From Eledone cirrhosa (Eukaryota): DNA of 64,000 nucleotides. Below the pieces are notes generated by a model, which did no database searches, was not told the origin of the DNA, and saw only the letters and a list, made by a program, of their open reading frames with translations. Made by a program: the position numbers and the translations under genes. Where the stretch lies: the NCBI GenBank assembly GCA_964016885.1, contig OZ024740.1, positions 224,254,001 through 224,318,000 of the forward strand, in the 5' to 3' direction. Shown here one piece after another: positions 54,080 through 64,000 of the stretch (within the stretch, counting starts at the first letter, position 1; the number at the start of each line of letters is the position of its first letter).

Positions 54080-55229
54080 CCTTGTCTGGCTTTCTGGAGA
54101 ATAGAGGAAAGGTGTTTCCTCGAAAACCAGTATGACTCTAAAAACCGGTTTGTCTGTGTGTTTACATACAGAATAGCTGGACACTCACAGTAAAGTGTCC
54201 AGTGAAAAACTCGGTACATCTACATATGTACACGTGTGTGTATTCATATGCATACTAGTATTTCAGTATACATATGTGGATGTACATTTTTAATTTAATT
54301 GTTTAAGCGTCAGTCATACAAAAGTGAGTTACAAACGAAACGAAATTTAATTTCGTTTCGTTATTTGTTTTTATCGTCTCCGCTGAACCGGTACGTACTC
54401 ACGCTCTATGCAAATTAGTCTGCCCACTACTAATTTTCATAGAAAAAGCATATAACGATATGTTCTTTTACGATTCTCTAGAGAGGCCGGAAGATAGGTA
54501 AATATTGCTGATGAGATGTAACAACATCGAAACTAGTCCAATATTCCTTGTCTGGCTTTCTGGAGAATAGAGGAAAGGTGTTTCCTCGAAAACCAGTATG
54601 ACTCTAAAAACCGGTTTGTCTGTGTGTTTACATACAGAATAGCTGGACACTCACAGTAAAGTGTCCAGTGAAAAACTCGGTACATCTACATATGTACACG
54701 TGTGTGTATTCATATGCATACTAGTATTTCAGTATACATATGTGGATGTACATTTTTAATTTAATTGTTTAAGCGTCAGTCATACAAAAGTGAGTTACAA
54801 ACGAAACGAAATTTAATTTCGTTTCGTTATTTGTTTTTATCGTCTCCGCTGAACCGGTACGTACTCACGCTCTATGCAAATTAGTCTGCCCACTACTAAT
54901 TTTCATAGAAAAAGCATATAACGATATGTTCTTTTACGATTCTCTAGAGAGGCCGGAAGATAGGTAAATATTGCTGATGAGATGTAACAACATCGAAACT
55001 AGTCCAATATTCCTTGTCTGGCTTTCTGGAGAATAGAGGAAAGGTGTTTCCTCGAAAACCAGTATGACTCTAAAAACCGGTTTGTCTGTGTGTTTACATA
55101 CAGAATAGCTGGACACTCACAGTAAAGTGTCCAGTGAAAAACTCGGTACATCTACATATGTACACGTGTGTGTATTCATATGCATACTAGTATTTCAGTA
55201 TACATATGTGGATGTACATTTTTAATTTA

Positions 55230-55317
<88 letters not shown>

Positions 55318-55396
55318 GAAGGAGTTGTGGTAAGGAAAGTGATGGACCATAACGCACCAGAGTACTCAATACTTAGGGTAGTAGAGTGGGTAATAA

Positions 55397-55501
55397 GAAA
55401 ATGTATGAACCCGACGGCAGAGCCAGGCCGTTTTGACGGAATTTAGTCCAGAAATATCCGTCGAAATGGCTTGAGCTCTGCCGTCGGGGTCATACATTTT
55501 C
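55397..55501. repeat. ~105-bp imperfect palindrome within a short insert between (TA)n tracts
   Basis: GAAAATGTATGAACCCGACGGCAGAGC...GACGGA pairs with TCCGTC...GCTCTGCCGTCGGGGTCATACATTTTC. Confidence 0.8.
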
Positions 55502-56039
55502 CTATATATATATATATATATATATATATGGAGAGAGGGTTGGGTGATTGTGTGCATGGTTGTGTGAAAGTATGCATATAGATAACATATAAGATTATAA
55601 GTCAGGCAGATAGTAGATGAAATGGATTTTGGATATAAGAATTTCATATAGGCATTTTATTGTCATCGTCATCATCGCCATTTTAGACATCAAAAACAAA
55701 TCCATGTGTTTTTTATGCTTCTTTTGCAATGCAGGCACAGAAGTTTCAATATTTCCTGCTCTTCACCTTGATAGGAGTTTTATGGTGACAGATTAAGCTT
55801 GGGTATCTATACACTGTCCAATGAAATATCTAGCAAAAGATGGAGAAAAATATGTTACTGGTGATTATTGAAATAAAACCAAGAAATAAATTTAAAATGA
55901 CATGGCATATTTCCATGTAACCCACTCACCCTATATATCATATATCTTTCCTTGTTGCAATTGTTTGTATATAATATTCACATACAAATTTCAATATGTA
56001 AAATCTACTTATGTTATAATGTGTTTATATTGATAAACA

Positions 56040-56121
<82 letters not shown>

Positions 56122-56174
56122 TTATATGTGTTTATATATATATATATATATATATGTGTTTATATTGATAAACA

Positions 56175-56243
<69 letters not shown>

Positions 56244-56865
56244 CACACATACACGCAATTGTATGTGTGTGTGTGTGTTTCTATAATGTTGACTTCCTCA
56301 CACTTGTTCATATATATGATGCTTATGAATGATTTTCACAGGAACTAGTCAGCCAATCACATCTATGCTTTACATTTTAATTTACAGATAAAATATTTTT
56401 GCTTCAATCATTTGATATGGTTTTTAATAATCGAACGTTGAAGACAATTTGAAAGATTATCTTTTCATGTTACTACTTAGTTTACATGTAAGAAAATGGA
56501 TCAATTTTAGTAATATCTATTGGAATATCCAATAAACAACCACACATTTTGAAAATTGCTTACTCTTCTTACATTATACAGGATGCTAGCTTTCCCTCAC
56601 TCACATTCTATGATCATCTCTTCTACGTTAATATATAATGTTTTACATCTATGATTATTCTAATGGTTTCTGACCATTTGAACTAAAGAGCTCTCTAGCT
56701 CCTCCATTCAAACCTTCTTGATTTTGACACCCTCTCTGTCTCATGTCATGCTTACTGTCTTTTCTACAAAACTCTATAGCAGACATTTTGCAAACCTTTT
56801 ACTCCCAGAACTATATCCATCCTTTAATCCTACCATACTATTTTTTACTCTATAGATATTAACCT

Positions 56866-57035
56866 TCAATAATCTAAGATAAACATTAATCGCATTTTAG
56901 GTGGTACACGTAATTTGTCACCCAGGTAAACATACTCAACTTGTCTTTTGTTGAGTCCACACTTATTTAAGTATTTGGGTTTGGTTTCTGGTTTGAAAAT
57001 AATCTCCACTAACCCTTCTACATGTCCCAGAGACC
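56866..57035 (-). other. Possible host exon or pseudo-exon
   Basis: Non-repetitive ORF SLGHVEGLVEIIFKP...VYLGDKLRVPPKMRLMFILD after a TTTTCAAG acceptor; faint likeness to dynein heavy chain LGDK..FRL; in-frame TGA precedes the nearest plausible donor. Confidence 0.25.
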
Positions 57036-59289
57036 TTGAAAATGTCATGGGTGTTATTAATATTGAATCAAAATATGAAATAGATATTCATTGATGCAAA
57101 TATTCAAATCCAATTTATGTATTGTTAAATATAAGCAACTTTGTCACCTGGATAGTGTGCTGGTCTGTTATAGATAATGATCACCTGTCAGATGAATACA
57201 CAAGGAGAAACAATTGTAAATGAAATATTTTCATACATGGTGTGCATAAAAAAAAAAGGCAACAGCATTAATATATGGAAGTTGTATATTTTGAACCTAT
57301 ACATATAAATAATATTTTTTCCAATAGAGAAAGAAGCCAATTTTCCAGTTTGAACCAAGAAAACTGTGTTTTCTTTTTAGCTTGCTTTCCATTGCTGATA
57401 TCATTCTGTTGCATCCCTTGGCTCCAGAAATTGAACTAGAAAGTATTTATCAATAGATAGAGCATAGTATTAAGACTTTATATTTAGAATCTGAATTTGT
57501 ATTTTTCTTAGTTTCAAAATATAATTTTGTTACATTGTACTATAGCACATTGTTTAGGAACCACACACAGTTCATTTTATCTTAATAAAAGCATGTTTTG
57601 GAGGTAATAGTGTCACATATATTTTTACACCATTACAGTAGAAAATGTTTAACTAAATATCTCTTACTTGAAACCTCTAGAATATTTACATAATGATTTA
57701 ACATAATGATTTAACTTCATGTGATTCACTCTCAATAACTAGAATATTTTCATAGCATTTTTTCAGCAGACTCTTTTATCCATTTAATAGTGCAATGTTC
57801 AGATTATAGGCTTTCAATTAGTTAGGTATCTGTTTGTATGTCTGTCATTAGTCTGCTCTTACTTGACTTCCTTAGACAGTTTTAGAGAGTGAATGACTCA
57901 ATGGTTGATCATTGCACTAAGTGGAAACTGGTTTGGGGGTTTGAAGTGCCAAATCTGAATACTTTCTCTCTCTCTTTATGTCAATAGATGCATGACCTAT
58001 GAATAACTTCAAGACTCAGCCAGCATCTCTCTGTCAGTTATTATTAATGACTGGCCCTTTTACTAGTGAACTAATTCTAAATATTTGGATGAAATTCCAG
58101 GATACTGATTGCTTATCCAACTTCCTCTCATGCTTACAAATAATCTTGACATTTTATCCTCAACTAGTTTAATTTTGGCAAGTTTACAAGTAAAGGATAA
58201 CAACAGCTATTTGTCTTTCCTTCTTTGAAAGTTGTCTCGCTTACTACTTGAATTAAAATATTACTTGTAATGACACTGAAGAAGTTTATATTTATCAGAT
58301 GAGCTGGTTGTTGAAAGTTTACTATGGACATGATATTGGGACTGATACTGACAAAAATATATTGACCAAAGATAATTATAGACTGATTAATCACTTTCTC
58401 AAGTAAAGAAGAGACAAATGCTTTCTGTGTTCTTTTTGTTTTTACTGTTGCATTTGATGAGCAAAACATTGCTCATTGGTCTTGTGGGGACAGTGGACAT
58501 CTTAGTCCATGATGAATGTCATAGAATTATGTTGAATTAAAGCAGTTAATACTGATCTTGAAGCAAAGAAGGTTACAGCATCGCTGGATTGAAGTTCCAA
58601 AAGGCTGTGAATAAATATATAAATAGGGTAAATAAACATTGTATTGAATTTATGAAAAGAAACAGTAAAAGTGACTTTGTGGGAAGAAACACAATAGGAA
58701 TAATGAGAAGCAAAGAGCTGGTGATTGTGAAGAGCAAATTTAAGTGTGAATAAGGTAGTAAATAAATGTAGAGAACATGATTTGAAGCACATCACTTGTT
58801 ATATTAGTTGTAATGAATAAGGGAGTTGAGACATTGGTTCTTCTGATGTTTAAGTTTCAGTTTAATAGTGCTGTTTTACAACTCTACATCTTTTAATGTA
58901 TCATGAGTTTGGATTATATTGGAAATTCAAATTTTCAGCTATTTTGTACTGTAGGATGTTTTCTCTAAAACCAATCTCCTAGTTATATTATAATTAGTTT
59001 TGGGTTTGGTTTGTGTGAAAAACAATGACAGCCTAAAAGATTAATTTAAATATTAATCAAGTTTTGAATGTATTATTTATTCTATTCTTTTTTTTTTAGA
59101 TTAAATTATATGAAATTATCTAAAACATTATGTGGGTGATGTGCAGGAAGAGCCAGTAGTCAGATTACCTGTAAAATAAAATATTTCCAATGTTTGGAAG
59201 ATTTCATAGAAATAGGAAATAATTGTTGCGACCCAGATAACCTAATTGGAAGCATAGTGCCTAGAATAAGAACAAGATAGACAAAGTTC

Positions 59290-59770
59290 AAGGATCTACT
59301 AACTCTGTTGACAATAATGGGATTCTGCCTCCAAGTAAAAAGTGCAATGCATAATACTTATGTAACAAGTGCAATGTTGCATAGGTGATGAATTCAGAGA
59401 ATGTGCAAAAGCTGTAAAGAAATGACGTGAGCCTTTTCCACTTATGTGTAACATAACACTGCATGGACACATGATTTAATAGAAAAACTGGATATAAGAG
59501 GATTCAGATGTAGCATGCAGGAGAGACATTTGTATTGGAATGGATATGCAATGTGTATGGATGCTGACAGTTGAGTAAAGAAGTGCTAGGTGTTCCAAGT
59601 GAAAGGAGCGCAAGGAACAGGAAGACCACATGGGCAAGAAGTGAAAGTTGATCTCATGGTGCTAAATTTAAAAAAAGAGGTGAAAAAATTGCAAATGGTG
59701 TGATGCTTTTTTTGGAGATGAGCTGACAAACTTATACAAGCATGGGAAACTAAATGTAATAATGATGAAA
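59290..59770 (+). mobile_element. RTE-like LINE 3' fragment
   Basis: Nucleotide similarity to 30040-30500 (GTTGCAT.GGT..TGA, AAGAAATGA, ATAAGAGGA.TCA, GCAGGAGAGA, GGAAGAC..CATGGG). Confidence 0.6.
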
Positions 59771-62700
59771 CTTTTATCCTCATTAATGTCTAAAAAAGGT
59801 GAGGGCAAATAGAATAACAGTATTTGTGGAATGATACAGCAGTACATGTAAATATAAACATATTAGGCTATGGACTGGTTATACCACATTGTTTGCAGCT
59901 TGCATTAATTACTGTACTGCAAGAATCCCTTAATGCTATCATTTATGCAACCATCACATTCTTCCTGCCCTCGATCAACACCATCATTATTTACATTACC
60001 TTCTTGTTTATTTGTGAAAAAATTCTATATAATTCAACATATATTTCCAGCTTTATTTATTCTACGTGTATTATAGATTTTGTTTTCAAAGTAGCTATAT
60101 AGTTTTGTTTTCACTTGCAGTTGTTTTATTATAATTTCAGTCACCAGAATTTCTCTTCATTCAAAGGGGAATACCTTCTAAAAACAGAGAGAAATATATT
60201 ACTTGGGCAATCCTGCTGGGAATAAGTAGTGAGGCTTCTGAATATTAGATGTTAATTTAAAAGCTCTCCAAATACATGTAATAGTAGTGAGCTAGGTGAG
60301 CCAACTAGTAAAGGCGATTAATTATTAATTGATAAAGATGCCACATAGAAGTTTACATTGGAAATATGCATGCTGTTGTGGGGATGGGTGGTGATTAACA
60401 TGAATATTTAATGAAAAATTTGGTTATATAATAAATTGTGATGTCGAGGAAACTTGTAGCATATATGGTGCAAAACAATTTTATTGATATGAGTGTGAAA
60501 TTATTGCTTTCAGCTTTGACTTTTTCTTTCAATATTTTATGTCCTCGAGTGGAACATATAAATATGAAATCACTTGTATAAAACGATGGCAGGTCAAAAT
60601 GACTCATGAAACTAAATTAAAAAGATCAGGAAATATTTCTTCACAAAAATTTTATTTCTTTTCTTTCAAAGAAATTTTATTGCCAAGAAAATGTTAATGT
60701 GTATAACTGTGGAATCAGTACATCCACATGGTTAATATGTTTGTTTCACAAATCATATAGCCATGGGTTTGATCTCACTGTGTGGCATCTTGGGAAAGGG
60801 TAGATGGAAACTGTGGATGGTCTATATCTAATTCAAAGGACTAGCCTTCTCATACACTGTTATACTGAAACTCCCAGTGGTATGCATGTCTGTGGAAAGC
60901 TCAGCCATTTACACATTAATTTCACAAGCAGGCTGTTCCATTGATAGAACAACAAGAACATTGATTGTACAAATCAACGGAAATTCATCCCATTTCCACT
61001 GTTCGTATGAATGCATTGAGCACTGAAATGGAATTTCAAAGTTCTCAATGAACGGAATCAAAAATCGCTTTCAATTCTTAATTAATTTTACTTACACTCT
61101 TAATCAGGCAGAGAAAAGCAGCACTTATGAATCTTTTCAGCATCTCAAGAACTGATGGAAACGAGGAAGGACACTATCCTTAAACCAGGGACCTGGCCAG
61201 ATTGCCTTAAGAGCGGCATGGAACAATTTGATCTCATTTCAGTTTATAAACTATTTGTTTTAAACTTAATTAAGAAAGTGATATAAATCAATATGATAAT
61301 TTATCTTATTTATAAAGTGTGTCGGTATTAAGTGAATATATATATATATTAGTTTGTTGTTCTTAGTATAAATTCACCCATCTGTAACGTAATACAGTGA
61401 TATAAATTTCTGCTCTTTTGAAGTCTAGTCAGGTTTGATTTCATTTGCATTATTGGTGAGGAAATAGTGAAAGGTTTTGTAAACTTGATCTACTTCTTTC
61501 AAAGAATGCTGAACAGAAATAAAACGTAGTTCAGCAAAGGAATGACTTGTTGATTAAGTTGGATAAAAACAGTATTGTGTAAACTAAAAGAAGCCATGAT
61601 AAATAGGAACAGGAATTAACATTTAATGAAAGAAGCAGAAAAAAGGGAAATTTTAAAGTAGAGGAAACCATGTAGAAAAGATGAAGTAGTAAATAAAGGC
61701 ACCTGAAATTACTGAATTGAAAAGATAAAAGTAAAAAGAGAATAAAGAAACAAGAAAAAAAATCAGGAAAATATTGATTGAGAAAAAAATAGGATTGCAT
61801 CAAATAGCCAAAGAGATTTAACATTGTACTTTGGAGAGAAAGTCTTAAGAATGGATAAGAATATTGGAAAGAAAGAGAAAAGCAAAATAGAATTGTGTGG
61901 TAAGTGTGGCAGTAGAATGGATTGTTGAGCTTAAATGCTAGAAGAAAGGAAAATCAAAATAGAAAGCAAGAAATGTGATTTCTCAAAGAAGAATAAGAAA
62001 TAAATGAGAAAACTGATAAAATTAAATGAAATGGAAATACATGGTTATATTAATAATGAACAGTTACATTTGTAAATAAGAATGTAGGATGATGATAAGA
62101 GTTTGACACTACTTATGAGTGGGCACTGAATTTAATAATGGGAAGATTACCATAGTTATGGCTATCTAAACATGAAGACACACCTCTTATGGATCAGCAT
62201 CAGCAGAAGCTGCATGTATTGAAAATATGGTCTTCTGGGAGAGAACTACATTGAGTAACAACTGAAATTTGAACATCATATTGTTAGTGATGATGAGGTT
62301 AGTGGTGTTGGTTATGAGTAATAATTGAAGAAAAATTGAAATAGCCACCAATGTGGAGAACTAAAATCACTTTGGCAAACATTAGTGCTGATTTTTGATC
62401 CAGCTGATTGCACAGCTCTGATTCTTTTAATATTCTGAATATGGCAGCCATCTTAATAAGCTACCTACAGGATTAATTTGATAGTAGGTTTCTCAGTTTA
62501 CATTCAAATTGTAATTAATCTGTAACAAATAGCTTTCAGTATTATCTCCCCACTTTCTCACTTTTTGTCTTCGTCTCTTTACTATTATAATCACTTTGAC
62601 ACACAGACACTCAGAAGACATCAACCACATATTTCTGTAATGTTTACTATCAAAGATGTTAGAGAAATCATACACAATTGTGAGTAAATATGATTATTTT

Positions 62701-64000
62701 AAATGAAAACAGAGAGCATATGAAGGTGTACTATGGGGATTTGATGAATTTTAATAGTTTGGATCTGAAATATGAGAATTCACCTTTACTCAGGAAGGAG
62801 TTGGGGGGGGGGGGGTGCATATGTTTATTTGATTTCAAATATTTTATCAACTAACGTTCGATGATGTAGAAGATCAATACACTGAATAAATTAGGTGTTT
62901 TCTTTGCTGAATATTGAAGTATATTTGTAGGGGGTGAATTAGCAGATTTATTTGAACATGACAAAATACTCTGTGGCATTTGATTTGGCTCTCTTCGCCC
63001 TGTTTTCAAATTCTACAGAGCTCAGCTTTGCCTTTCTTTCTTTTTAAGTTGGTAACATAAAGGCCATGGTAAATTGCATGGTAAATTACTTGCATTTTAG
63101 AACATTGGGTGAGATGCAATTGAGTATTTGTCTTGGCTCTTTGTATTCTGAGATCAAATCTTGTGGTTTAGTTGGGTGGTTGACTTAATTTGTTGCTTAC
63201 ATTAATACCACTACCTAGCAATTAGGTGCTTTTAACAAAGTCCATTCTGTTGAAAATCTTTTGACCAGGTCTATGGTTTGAAGGTAACTCTCTCCCTTCT
63301 TTCTATTATTCTCAGAAAAAGGGCCTTGGATGATGCTCTTCTCCCCATGATTAAGCAGTAAAAAGAGAAGTTGTCATCTATATGTATCAGCTATCATGAG
63401 TTTGAAAGCATAAGTTGAACATATTGACTACAGTACATATTTTAGTTTGGTATTTATTTTATTTGAACCATTAAGTTATTGCACATAAAAGGACATAACA
63501 TAAACAATATTTAGGCCAATGATGAAAGTCATGTTTTATTCCAATGGAATTTAATTTACAATAGTCAAACAACAACCTGCTTGGTTACAGTTAACACATC
63601 CAGTTCTATACTATCTCAATACTACTCCCCTATGTTAGTTTCATAACTTGCTCATTATACATAATTTAAAAAGCATCATTAATAAAATGTAGAATAAAAT
63701 CCATCTGCAATATTTCTCAAATAATACACCTCACTTCTCAATGTATAAAATAAAATGCAGTGCTACAGTTAAGATTAAATGTGAGATAACTATTACAATG
63801 TATTTCTGTATTGTAGGAATAATCACTAGAAATAAGGCACATAGGCACTTAGTAAAACAAGTACAAGTACCATAAATACTATGGTTAACGAGATAGTACA
63901 TTTAGAAAATCTAATGCAACCATTGTATATTCAAGGTATAGGTTACACACATAAATAATTTAAATTTAATAGTCATAAACCTCTCAATCAATTCAACTGA

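Larger units (their letters stand above)
50317..55234. mobile_element. 466-bp hammerhead-containing tandem array (non-LTR retrozyme-like), ~7.8 units plus ~2.7 inverted units
   Basis: Exact 466-bp period (ORF-track starts 50505...53767 on +, ORFs at 54002, 54468, 54934 on -); inversion junction 53965-53984; (TA)n on both sides; HHR in every unit. Confidence 0.92.

Noticed and set aside
50505-55116. Eleven identical 60-aa ORFs (MSSYSVCKH...)
   Set aside because: GTG start, no recognisable domain, antisense to the hammerhead; a by-product of the non-coding repeat
50317-55234. CRISPR-like array or tandem gene cluster
   Set aside because: Units are identical end to end with no unique spacers; eukaryotic context with no cas genes
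57700-58800. CR1/L2-like RT remnant on minus strand
   Set aside because: Only a faint LLEKVINQ-type similarity; too degraded to call

Overview
AT-rich, microsatellite-rich eukaryotic DNA, most likely cephalopod/Octopus-like (inferred from the SINE, LINE and (TA)n content). It is almost entirely repeats, and no host gene can be called with confidence. 1.5-23.5 kb is a head-to-tail stack of decayed non-LTR retrotransposons: five pieces of two Tx1/L1-clade subfamilies, one R4/Dong-type RLE element and tRNA-derived SINEs, mostly joined through (ATT)n/(TAA)n tracts. 24-41 kb holds old RTE fragments, SINEs and a MITE. 41.5-55.5 kb holds a non-autonomous Helitron, a decayed Penelope (RT + GIY-YIG) and several hammerhead-ribozyme (HHR) elements inserted in (TA)n. 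The main feature is 50317-55234, about 10.5 near-identical copies of a non-coding 466-bp monomer. Each copy carries a canonical minimal type I hammerhead, an octamer motif and several hairpins, which fits a non-LTR retrozyme (circRNA-type element). The array is ~7.8 copies in one orientation plus ~2.7 inverted copies, with both RNA 3' ends facing outward into (TA)n. A diverged ~435-bp relative with the same architecture lies at 46.55-47.25 kb. All structure calls were made by eye; no folding or database search was run.
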